64,000 nucleotides of DNA from an uncultured virus (IMG/VR IMGVR_UViG_3300014050_000018) (lineage: Duplodnaviria; Heunggongvirae; Uroviricota; Caudoviricetes), in IMG/VR virus record IMGVR_UViG_3300014050_000018, positions 1 to 64,000 of that record; one strand, written 5' to 3'. Below, piece by piece: positions 26,254-34,482 of the stretch. Within the stretch, counting starts at the first letter, position 1, and each line of letters opens with the position of its first letter. The notes beneath the pieces are model-generated. The model had not been told where the DNA came from. It ran no database searches and worked only from the letters and a program-made list of their open reading frames with translations. The translations under genes and the position numbers were made by a program.

Positions 26254-28418
26254 TAGAATTGACTCCTGAGTATGTTGATTTCGGCATCGGAAACATTCCT
26301 TCCGATGAATTGAGAAAGTTTTTCAACTCCAGCTTTAAAGATACTCTCTGCATCTTGATTAGATGCGCCGCCTATCTTAGATAGGTATCTGTTTCCTGCC
26401 ACCGTTCCTGATAGCAAAGAGGCCGCTAAAGTATTTTTGATATCTGATATCGCGTTATTTATTTCATCGAAGGATTGCCCTTCTTTGAGTTTGGAGGATA
26501 TTCCTCCCCAAAGCAGATTTTGCATTGGAGAAGACATGCCTTTTTCGCTTGGGGCTGGTGCGTTGGGGTGAGAAGTTCCAAAATACGATATTCCAAGAAT
26601 CTTAAGAGCCTGTTTTTTAACAAACTCTTGCACTTCCGCCGAGGATGGATCCAAAGAAGTTGCATTTGCTTCTCGAAGATCATTATCAAGAACGTTTTTT
26701 GAGATCATTCCGATGTCCTTCCGCATATCTCCAGTCAAACTACCTCTTGAATTATTAAGAGCACCCTCACTCAATTTTTTACCAGTGCCAGCTTGCGATA
26801 ATGCCACCGAGGTTCCAAATTGAGACTTATACGCGGCGCTTTGAGCGTCATTGTATAAGCGTTTTTGTTCCTCTGGATTCTCGGAAAGCTGATTAAGCCT
26901 TTCCTTCTCTCCTAATGCTGATCTATATAACCACAGGAAATTATTATCGCTTAGATGGGTGTTCAACCCTCCTCGCGTAAAGACTCCATTATCAGGATGA
27001 TCCCCACCACCCTTAGCTGACGGAAGTACGTGGTCCAACGTTAAAGTAAAAGGACCCATAATAGTTGGGTCTTGGGTGTATCCATCTATTCCTCCTTGAA
27101 CAAGGTATTTTTTTAGCATACCTTTACCGCGGGTTGAGGTAATTTTGTCAGCGTAAACTGGTATTTTTTTGCCATCTTGGATTTCGTATCCGCCAAATAT
27201 GTTTTTCCTAGGACTTCCAACCTTATCGAATCTGCCTTTAAGAGTGGGAGGAAGAAGCGGATAAATAATGTCAACTATTTGATCCTGCTCTTCGGGGGTT
27301 AAATCTTTGAACGAATCTAGCGGAGATCCGAAGGTCTTTCTCTCGGATTCCTGCAGGTGCTCCTGCATTACATCGGAGGATAGGTTTTCCGCCAACGCCG
27401 CTCTTTTCTTTTCCCTCCGGTTATAGGCGGAGAGTTTTTGTTCGTATTCTGCTTTAACAGCTTCTTTCTGTTCTTTGGGGAGCCCTTTCAAATTAGGTTT
27501 CTGCGGAGGATGCTCCGATAGATCTTCCTCCGTTAATCCAGCAGCTAATAGGGCTTTCTTAATGGGGCCATTTAGTACGGACTCTAGTTCACTGTAATTT
27601 CTAAACGCTCTCTGCTCCCCTTCTTCACTTGGATCTACCTGCGATACCGATCCATCTGAATTTAATTTGTATTCTAGGCTAAATTGTTTTACGTCCTGAG
27701 CGGTTTTGCCTTCTTTTACAGTATCTCCAGATATTCTTTTTCCGTCTCCGTCTACCCACAGAGACATGAATTCTAACACGCTAGTTGCACTATTTTTAAG
27801 TTTTGGATTACTGCCTAACTTTGATTCTACGTAGTTTCTAATGGTTGTTCTTTCTTTTCCTCTACCGACCATTTGTGTGTCTATATACATAGACGGGTTA
27901 CGATTACGATCTTTTAGAAAAGCTCCTCTCTGGGAGTGGGCTTGATTTAAAGTAGTAGATCCAGTTGCTTCTCCACTGGGCTTTGGCCGCTTTTCTGATT
28001 TAGGTTCTGGTTTTGGTTTGGGTTGCTCTTCTTGCTTAGGTTGAGATTGCGTTTCTTCAGTTGCTCCTTTTCTATCGAGAGCCTTTGACATTCCCTCCTG
28101 GATCTGCGCCCCGGTTCTTTTTTGAGGAAGAGTTCTTACATTACCTTTTGGCTTAGGAGCCGTGCTACTTTGAACGCATTTATTACCTTCGGCACGAAAT
28201 CCAGGATCGCATTTATGGACCATAGCTGCCTGCTTCCTGTTGCCATGAGCCGGCTGTTGCTTTAGTTGCCCAACAGCAAAGCTAACTGCCTCAGAAAACC
28301 CAACAACATCCCTACCCTCAAGAGCGGGCATCCTAGCCTCACCTTCAAGCGGTCGTTCCGCTACCCATTCAGTTTTATCTGCTATTCCCCAATCCGAGGG
28401 GGCATAATCCCCGAGCAT
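26253..28418 (-). CDS. large protein with embedded HNH-like nuclease motif
   Basis: LTLDHVLPSAKGGGDHPDNGVFTRGGLN; AT-richer than flanks; GTTTAAAG upstream. Confidence 0.75.
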   Translation of the reverse strand: MLGDYAPSDWGIADKTEWVAERPLEGEARMPALEGRDVVGFSEAVSFAVGQLKQQPAHGNRKQAAMVHKCDPGFRAEGNKCVQSSTAPKPKGNVRTLPQKRTGAQIQEGMSKALDRKGATEETQSQPKQEEQPKPKPEPKSEKRPKPSGEATGSTTLNQAHSQRGAFLKDRNRNPSMYIDTQMVGRGKERTTIRNYVESKLGSNPKLKNSATSVLEFMSLWVDGDGKRISGDTVKEGKTAQDVKQFSLEYKLNSDGSVSQVDPSEEGEQRAFRNYSELESVLNGPIKKALLAAGLTEEDLSEHPPQKPNLKGLPKEQKEAVKAEYEQKLSAYNRREKKRAALAENLSSDVMQEHLQESERKTFGSPLDSFKDLTPEEQDQIVDIIYPLLPPTLKGRFDKVGSPRKNIFGGYEIQDGKKIPVYADKITSTRGKGMLKKYLVQGGIDGYTQDPTIMGPFTLTLDHVLPSAKGGGDHPDNGVFTRGGLNTHLSDNNFLWLYRSALGEKERLNQLSENPEEQKRLYNDAQSAAYKSQFGTSVALSQAGTGKKLSEGALNNSRGSLTGDMRKDIGMISKNVLDNDLREANATSLDPSSAEVQEFVKKQALKILGISYFGTSHPNAPAPSEKGMSSPMQNLLWGGISSKLKEGQSFDEINNAISDIKNTLAASLLSGTVAGNRYLSKIGGASNQDAESIFKAGVEKLSQFIGRNVSDAEINILRSQF

Positions 28419-28491
28419 AATTCAAGCGCTATTTACTTAGTCTTTAAACCCATGTCTTTCAGTCTAAAGACCTCCGTAAATCAATTCTACC

Positions 28492-29691
28492 ATGTCACAA
28501 TACACCCACGGCCATATCATCCCCCTGGTAGGAGGGAGCGTGGTCGGCACGACCCTGGCCCTGGAGAAGGATCCGGAGTGGATCGCGTCCTGGAGCGACT
28601 CATTCGGCGCCAATGATCAGTACTGCCTGAAGTACTTCGACAAGACCCCTTTCCATAACCTCGATGAAGGTAACTACCCTACTAAGTACGTCGATATTGT
28701 TACGTCCCTACCGCCCTGCGCCGGCCTCTCTATGGCCAATACCACTTCCGGCGAGAAGGTGAACAACCCGCGTGGTTGCTCGGCGCCCAGCAACATGCAC
28801 ATGTACCACGCGGCTGAGTTCGCCATGTCCAAGATCAAGCCTAAGGCCATGATGGTGGAGAATGCGCCGGCTCTCTACTCGAAGATGGGTGAGGAGTTTG
28901 CGGAGCGGATCAACTCGCTTGCCGCGGAGCATGACTACTCCATGAGCCTGGTAAAGACCACCTCGATTAACCATGGCGTGCCCCAGGAGCGTACTCGCTC
29001 GTTCTTCTTCCTGTGGCAGGGTGACAAGGTCCCTGTACTCTCCCCAGTGAAGCGGGACTTCGAACCCTTCCATAAGTTCCTCAAGGCTGGTGGGTTTGCT
29101 AAATCCGAGCCGGTCAACTCCAAAGGGACGCCTAGTGCCGATCCGCTGTGGCAGTTTATCGAGGAGAAGTACGCCGGCTACACCAAGCAGGACATCCTCT
29201 CCAAGGTGGCCTCGAAGCGCATGACGTCAGTCTGGAACGTTATCTACGAGTCGGGTTGGTTGGAGGAGGCCGCGAGAGTGGTCAAGGATGAGAAGGCCAA
29301 TCGCTGGCTCAACTACACACTCGGGAAGAAGCGTGCCGGCAAGAACATCATGGACGGCAGTATGAAACTGGCCTGGTACAGGACGCAGAGTCTGATGTGG
29401 AAGTCACTTCCGTATCTTATGCACCCCTACGAGGACCGCTGGCTCACGGTGGCCGAGGGCCTCGCGCTGATGGGATTCCCGAAGGAGTACGCCGAGAAGG
29501 TCTCTATTCCCACCAAGCACAGCAATGTTATTGCGCAGAACGTGCCCGCGTGCACAGCCCGCGACTGGATCCTGGAGGTGGAGGAGGCGCTCAAGGGCAA
29601 TCGTGAGTGGGTGGAGAGGCCTAATGGCGCGATCCTGAGACAGAACAATACCGCCTCCACTAAGCCCATGGAGCCGATCTGGGCGCTCTGA
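28492..29691 (+). CDS. divergent DNA (cytosine-5) methyltransferase-like protein
   Basis: PPCAGLS (IV), VENAP (VI), HGVPQERTR (VIII), LTVAEGLALMGFP (IX), IAQNVP (X); motif I appears as IPLVGG. Confidence 0.85.
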   Translation: MSQYTHGHIIPLVGGSVVGTTLALEKDPEWIASWSDSFGANDQYCLKYFDKTPFHNLDEGNYPTKYVDIVTSLPPCAGLSMANTTSGEKVNNPRGCSAPSNMHMYHAAEFAMSKIKPKAMMVENAPALYSKMGEEFAERINSLAAEHDYSMSLVKTTSINHGVPQERTRSFFFLWQGDKVPVLSPVKRDFEPFHKFLKAGGFAKSEPVNSKGTPSADPLWQFIEEKYAGYTKQDILSKVASKRMTSVWNVIYESGWLEEAARVVKDEKANRWLNYTLGKKRAGKNIMDGSMKLAWYRTQSLMWKSLPYLMHPYEDRWLTVAEGLALMGFPKEYAEKVSIPTKHSNVIAQNVPACTARDWILEVEEALKGNREWVERPNGAILRQNNTASTKPMEPIWAL

Positions 29692-29695
29692 GCGC

Positions 29696-30262
29696 TCAGT
29701 ACACCAACTTATTCTTGATCTGCATCATCCCGCCGAGAAGCGCCTGAGCTTCGCTCCCATCCGGCTCGTGGAAGATGATCTCCGCTGTACTGGCCACGAA
29801 CTCCTCTGGGGTCTGTGGCCTTTCCTCGTATGTCTTCTCGTAGAGCTCGATGGCCTGGTCCACTGTGGCTTCCACTCGTGCCTCGATGACCTCGTCGGTC
29901 ATAGTGAAGGTTTTGTGAAGCGCCTCCGACTGCACCCACTTGCGCTGGACGAAGTCCACAAGGGCGAGTAGCTCCTTGCGGGTGAGAGTCTCATCCTCTA
30001 TGGCTTTTAGCAGCATGGAGATGATGAGCCGGGTCTGGGACTCGGAGTAGTTCCTGTGTGCAGTATTCCTCAGCCAGAAGATATCTAACTCGTCGAAGAG
30101 GATCTTAAGGTTCTTAGCGCCGATCTTCTTTATCGCCTTTCTGTTCACGAAGTCGAGGATGAAGTCGAGCGCCGGTTCAAGCAGGCCCCACAGCACAGCG
30201 GCCTGGATGATGATTCCCCTCTCCGAGGGTCTCTTCTTCCCAAACGAAAAGTAAAAATCCAT
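29696..30262 (-). CDS. hypothetical protein, distant paralog of 147-599
   Basis: 188 aa ORF; shared KIG..K..D..N...D..L..E..V..W..A..KT pattern. Confidence 0.7.
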   Translation of the reverse strand: MDFYFSFGKKRPSERGIIIQAAVLWGLLEPALDFILDFVNRKAIKKIGAKNLKILFDELDIFWLRNTAHRNYSESQTRLIISMLLKAIEDETLTRKELLALVDFVQRKWVQSEALHKTFTMTDEVIEARVEATVDQAIELYEKTYEERPQTPEEFVASTAEIIFHEPDGSEAQALLGGMMQIKNKLVY

Positions 30263-30271
30263 CTCTGATAT

Positions 30272-30298
30272 AAAAAAAGAGGGAGTCGATGCTCCCTC
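30272..30298 (-). terminator. intrinsic terminator
   Basis: GAGGGAG-CATCGA-CTCCCTC-TTTTTTT. Confidence 0.75.
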
Positions 30299-30304
30299 CG
30301 ATCT

Positions 30305-30424
30305 TTAGACCACTACTGCGGCTTCTGATTTTCTAACTAACTGAGCCAGAGAGGCCGCTTGTCTGCGGTTCTCTTTCTCTTTCTGCTCCTTGATGAGCTG
30401 GAGGACGTTGATTGTTTTTGACAT
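30305..30424 (-). CDS. 39-aa basic peptide under riboswitch control (not in ORF track)
   Basis: MSKTINVLQLIKEQKEKENRRQAASLAQLVRKSEAAVVV*; GGAG RBS upstream, terminator downstream. Confidence 0.7.
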   Translation of the reverse strand: MSKTINVLQLIKEQKEKENRRQAASLAQLVRKSEAAVVV

Positions 30425-30456
30425 TAGGTTGCTCCGTTACTTTTTAGGGTATTGGT

Positions 30457-30557
30457 GCGTTCCTTCAGTCGGCTTTTGCGGCCGTGGTGAGCGGCTGAAC
30501 GATCCGTTCCGAGTCGGCTTACTTCCGTCGGAGAGGACTAACTCCCCGATGAACGAT
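30457..30557 (-). ncRNA. tandem glnA-motif (glutamine) riboswitch aptamers
   Basis: two units: ATCGTTCA-stem-CGGAAGTAAGCCGACTC-GGAACG and ATCGTTCA-stem-CGCAAAAGCCGACTGAA-GGAACG; CGTTC/GAACG P1 pairing in both. Confidence 0.8.
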
Positions 30558-30568
30558 CTATAGGTCCT

Positions 30569-31066
30569 TTAACCGAATGTGTACTGAAGCCACTCGGGAG
30601 AGCCTGAGTCAATAAGATTGAGCAGGAATCTGTTAGTGGGAACAAAAGGCTTTCTAGCGAGCTTCATTCCGGTCTGCTCGAGAAGGGTGTCTCCCTTCTT
30701 CGTGTTGCACGTTGAGCAGGCTACCACCATATTCTCCCAGGTATCCTGACCTCCGCGACTCCTTGGGATCACGTGGTCGATGGTCAGACGCCTTGTCGAT
30801 CCGCAGTACTGGCACTTGTGCCCGTCTCGCTTGTATATGAGAGTCCGGGCTGGTTTGACGGAATTGATCTTGGTAAAAGGAATCCTTATGTACTCAATGA
30901 GCCGGATGACTTTTGCCGACACCACCGCCGCCTTCTCCTTTAGAAGCAGGATGATTGCTCTCTTCCAACTCGTGATATGAAGGGGCTCGTAGGACGCGTT
31001 GAGGACTAGTACTTGGGTATTAGGCCTGATCGCTTTTACGTTTTCCGGTACCATCGCAGACTCCAC
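30569..31066 (-). CDS. HNH endonuclease (McrA-like)
   Basis: VLVLNASYEP, RDGHKCQYCG, LTIDHVIPRSRGG, WENMVVACSTCNTKKG; exact start uncertain. Confidence 0.92.
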   Translation of the reverse strand: MESAMVPENVKAIRPNTQVLVLNASYEPLHITSWKRAIILLLKEKAAVVSAKVIRLIEYIRIPFTKINSVKPARTLIYKRDGHKCQYCGSTRRLTIDHVIPRSRGGQDTWENMVVACSTCNTKKGDTLLEQTGMKLARKPFVPTNRFLLNLIDSGSPEWLQYTFG

Positions 31067-31202
31067 ATTCTATTACTTCGTTAGGTAGTATACGCCCGTC
31101 GGGCGAGTTTTTCTCGATAATGAGGAATCCCCTGCCAGCGCAATTCCTACAAGACGATCTGTCAATTTTGTCGATGAGACGCTGGCGAGGGATGGGGACC
31201 AT
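31020..31202 (-). CDS. small DnaJ-type zinc-finger protein
   Basis: CRNCAGRG ... CGVCDGTG. Confidence 0.6.
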   Translation of the reverse strand: MVPIPRQRLIDKIDRSSCRNCAGRGFLIIEKNSPDGRILPNEVIECGVCDGTGKRKSDQA

Positions 31203-31206
31203 TGGT

Positions 31207-31704
31207 TTAGAACGATGCTGATTCGCAGTTGCCCTGGAGTTCCTCTGCTGGGCTCGCGGTGACGGGAGCGTCTCCATTCACATTGTGATCCGGTCGGACC
31301 TGATTATAGGCTTGTTTCTCCGCGGCGATGTGAGCAAACTCCTCGCCCGTCACCCCACCATAGGCGAGGATGGCACGATGAAATAGCAGTACGTCATACA
31401 TCTCAGCGATGAACTCCTTGCGAAGTTCGGCGTTATCCATAAAACTACGCTCGCCATTCTTCCAGCTCCGGCGCGGGACGTAAACGCGGGCCTCGATCAT
31501 CTCCTCGACCATATGGCCGAAGTGCTCGATCATCTTCTGGTAGCGAAAGAGGAGGCCATCGTCGTGGCGGGGGAGGCCAAGCTCGACCATCTTGTCGATG
31601 GCGACTAGATCATCGGGACCCATTTCGCCGACCTTGGACGCGTACTTCTGCTGTGCACCAAAGCCATCATTGATGAATTGCACGTAATCGAAGGAAGCAG
31701 TCAT
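31207..31704 (-). CDS. all-alpha dNTP pyrophosphatase (dimeric dUTPase/dCTPase-like)
   Basis: EEMIEA..PRRSWK...AEMYDVLLF...KQAYNQVR. Confidence 0.75.
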   Translation of the reverse strand: MTASFDYVQFINDGFGAQQKYASKVGEMGPDDLVAIDKMVELGLPRHDDGLLFRYQKMIEHFGHMVEEMIEARVYVPRRSWKNGERSFMDNAELRKEFIAEMYDVLLFHRAILAYGGVTGEEFAHIAAEKQAYNQVRPDHNVNGDAPVTASPAEELQGNCESASF

Positions 31705-31758
31705 AGAGCTCTTAGTGAGTAAAGTTTGAATCCATCATATCACATATGGGGGAGTATG

Positions 31759-33672
31759 TCAACCCTCGCACGCCACGCATTCCCCGTAGGTCTTCTCCTT
31801 CGATCCAAAGTGCTCCGATAGGTGCTTGTACCCGCCAATGTACCGGTCATTAAGCCAGATCTGGGGCACCGTTTTCCAGTGCCATTCGGAGTCGGGAACG
31901 TCGGCTCTGTCGGTCTCGTTAATCGTCCAGCCCTGGCTCTTGAGCAGGGATTTAGCCATGGAGCAGTAGGGGCACTCCTGCTTGGTGATGATCCTGGCGA
32001 TCTTCTGCTGTCCCAACGGTCTCTTCTTAACAAGCAGAGACGAGCTCTTCAGATAGTAGAGGGATTTAAGTCCGGCTTTCCAGGCGCTCAGGTGGAGCTT
32101 GAAGAGGTACTCGGGTGTGGATTCCGGGTCGACGAAGAGGTTGATGGATTGGCCCTGGCAGACGTACTTCTGGCGGTCAGCTGCTTGCCTGATGATCTCG
32201 AACTGGTCGATCTCGCGAGCGGTCTTGAATACCTCCTTGGTGTGAGGATCAAGAAACTCGAAGTGCTGAACCGACCCCCTGAACTCTAGAATCGCCTCCC
32301 AAGTTTCCTCGGTATTGCGACCGATCCGCTCCAAGTGCTCCACCAGGTACCTGTTCTTGCGAACAAAGGTCCCCTTGGCCTGCCTAGCAACGTAGTAGTT
32401 AGCGTCAATAGGCTCGATGCCTTCGCTCCCCGCTCCGCAGATGGCGGAGTTGGACTTGGTTGGGGCGATGGCCATGAGGTGGGTGTGGCGAAGGCCGGTG
32501 CCCTGGCACCACTCGGGCTCGCCGTAGGTGGTAGCCATCTCACGCGAGGCTTTCTGCGCCCTCTCCTTGATGAATCTGTGCATGTCGGTGTTGAGCTGGC
32601 GAGCCTCGTCGGAGGCGAATGGGAGCCCCTTAGATTGGTAGAGGGCGTGAAGGCCCATGGTACCCAGGCCGAGTGCCCGGGACTTGCGAGCGAAGCGTAC
32701 CGCTCTACCTAGGGAGGTGATGCGATCGGCCTTGTGGCAGAACTCCTCGACAACCGCGTCGAGAAGATACACCGCTAGCTCAGGAGCAGTCTTTCCAGTT
32801 GCGGGACCTTTCCAGTCCTTCCACTCCTCCCAGCGGGAGAGATTGAGCGATGAGAGAACGCAGACGAAAGTGTGGTTCTCGTCGGTGTGAAGGAAAATCT
32901 CGGAGCAGAGATTGCTTAGCTTAACGCTAAGCCCGCGCTGAAGGTAGCACTCTGGATTGGCTTTGTTGGCGTTGTCGGTGAAAATGATGTAGGGAGACCC
33001 TGACACCAGGCGGGCCTTAAGCACCTCGCCGAACAACTTCTGCTTCTCCCGGTCTCCCGCTAGCAGCTCCTCCACCCACTCGTTGGAGACGGTGATGGCT
33101 ATGTTGCTGTCGATGAAGTCACGAGGGTCGCCCTGCGAGTGGTCCTTGGAGCGAAGCACTTCAGGCAGGTCCGGGTGGTCGATAGGGAGGTACAGGGCGA
33201 AACTGCCTCGCCTCACTCCACCCTGGGAGACTACCGCGGCGCACTGATCGAACTGCCGCATCCAGGGCACAACCCCGGTGCTCTTACCCCCGCTCGAGAT
33301 GGGAGCCCCGGCCGGGCGGATGTCCCCGAAATAAGTCCCCACTCCGCCGCCATGCTGCGAGAGCGCAGCCGACTCCTTGAGGTGGGAGTAGATGGAAGGA
33401 ACGGAGTCGGAGATGTGGTTCGAGTAGCAGCTGATTGGCAGGCCGCGTGACGTGCCGAAGTTGCTGGCCACCGGCGTCGCTAAACCGAGAAACCCGCGCC
33501 ACAGCATCTCGAAGATGTCCTCGGAGAGTTCGGGGTAGTTGAGTAGCTTGGCGGCCTGATTGGCCACCCGCTCGTACATACCCCTAGGCGTCTCGCCCTG
33601 ATAGAGATAACCCCTTGAGAGGGTGTCGATGGCTTCTTTTGACATCCACGAGGGGACTTGGGGTTCGGACAT
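31759..33672 (-). CDS. nrdA: ribonucleotide reductase alpha subunit with internal glutaredoxin domain
   Basis: ATPV, ISCY, GGGVG, RRGS, SNLCSEI, AIAPT, QGQS, SLYY; then CPYC..TVPQIW..IGGY; terminal CVACEG. Confidence 0.95.
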   Translation of the reverse strand: MSEPQVPSWMSKEAIDTLSRGYLYQGETPRGMYERVANQAAKLLNYPELSEDIFEMLWRGFLGLATPVASNFGTSRGLPISCYSNHISDSVPSIYSHLKESAALSQHGGGVGTYFGDIRPAGAPISSGGKSTGVVPWMRQFDQCAAVVSQGGVRRGSFALYLPIDHPDLPEVLRSKDHSQGDPRDFIDSNIAITVSNEWVEELLAGDREKQKLFGEVLKARLVSGSPYIIFTDNANKANPECYLQRGLSVKLSNLCSEIFLHTDENHTFVCVLSSLNLSRWEEWKDWKGPATGKTAPELAVYLLDAVVEEFCHKADRITSLGRAVRFARKSRALGLGTMGLHALYQSKGLPFASDEARQLNTDMHRFIKERAQKASREMATTYGEPEWCQGTGLRHTHLMAIAPTKSNSAICGAGSEGIEPIDANYYVARQAKGTFVRKNRYLVEHLERIGRNTEETWEAILEFRGSVQHFEFLDPHTKEVFKTAREIDQFEIIRQAADRQKYVCQGQSINLFVDPESTPEYLFKLHLSAWKAGLKSLYYLKSSSLLVKKRPLGQQKIARIITKQECPYCSMAKSLLKSQGWTINETDRADVPDSEWHWKTVPQIWLNDRYIGGYKHLSEHFGSKEKTYGECVACEG

Positions 33673-33726
33673 AGCGATTTGATGGGGTTCTATATTATAA
33701 CAAGGTTAAGGCAACATAGTCGCTAA

Positions 33727-33747
33727 GTTAGTAAATAGTTTACTAAC
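33727..33747. promoter_or_regulatory. inverted repeat upstream of nrdA promoter
   Basis: GTTAGTAAA-TAG-TTTACTAAC; TGT-TATAAT at 33694-33702 (minus). Confidence 0.45.
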
Positions 33748-33762
33748 CGAGCGACCACGCTA

Positions 33763-34164
33763 CTACTTTTTCTTTTTGATCAGCCCGTCATCGTGGGCCT
33801 GCTGTACATTCTCTGAGCGCGTACCCCACTCCAGATTGGAGATGGCGTTGTTGGTTCCGTCGTTGTCCTTGTGAAGAATGACGATGTGCTCGCCCTTAGG
33901 CTTAGGAGGGCCGAATAGCTCCATCACCATCTGGTGCAGGGGCGGCTCCTCGCGTTTGCCATTCCAAGTGAGGTTGACGCGCTGGTGTTTGCGATCGTCG
34001 TCGCGGGGCTTGCGGTTCTCGCTGTCGCCTTTACGGCGCACTTTGCCACTACTACTCACCTCGTAGGGAGAGTCCTTCCACTGCTTCCAGGTTTCCTTGG
34101 AGTCGGAAAAGCTCCGGCCACCCTGATCCCTTCCTTTGACCTTCCAGCCCTCGGGTACGTTCAT
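33763..34164 (-). CDS. NUMOD4/HNH endonuclease with N-terminal VPEGW
   Basis: MNVPEGWKV; YEVSSSGKVR; LHQMVMELF; HKDNDGTNNAISNLEWGTRSEN. Confidence 0.88.
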   Translation of the reverse strand: MNVPEGWKVKGRDQGGRSFSDSKETWKQWKDSPYEVSSSGKVRRKGDSENRKPRDDDRKHQRVNLTWNGKREEPPLHQMVMELFGPPKPKGEHIVILHKDNDGTNNAISNLEWGTRSENVQQAHDDGLIKKKK

Positions 34165-34166
34165 AC

Positions 34167-34328
34167 TCAGATCGTCCACGCGTCGGTGATCTTCTTCTTG
34201 TCCCGAAGAGCTCTCTTGTGAGCTTCGGCTAGAAGCCTATCGGCCTTGGGATCTGTGATCAGGTACGATGTCCCGTAGGTCTGGGACATGTACTTTTTGT
34301 CAGTGTCTGGGATCGGGTGAATTGCCAT
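34167..34328 (-). CDS. hypothetical protein (53 aa, not in ORF track)
   Basis: read manually: MAIHPIPDTDKKYMSQTYGTSYLITDP... Confidence 0.5.
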   Translation of the reverse strand: MAIHPIPDTDKKYMSQTYGTSYLITDPKADRLLAEAHKRALRDKKKITDAWTI

Positions 34329-34467
34329 TGGAGAGTTGTTTTTCGCGATGCTTGTTAATCAGGTAGAAGTCGTGGGCTGTTTCTCCATCCTCAAAGATCT
34401 TGGGGCCGTGGGAAGTCTCCACAAGCCACCTTCCGTTTTGAATGCTGATCGGTTTTGAAATGGACAC
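34300..34467 (-). CDS. hypothetical protein (55 aa, not in ORF track)
   Basis: GTG start after AAGGAGGA: MSISKPISIQNGRWLVET... Confidence 0.55.
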   Translation of the reverse strand: MSISKPISIQNGRWLVETSHGPKIFEDGETAHDFYLINKHREKQLSNGNSPDPRH

Positions 34468-34482
34468 GGGTCCTCCTTGCGA

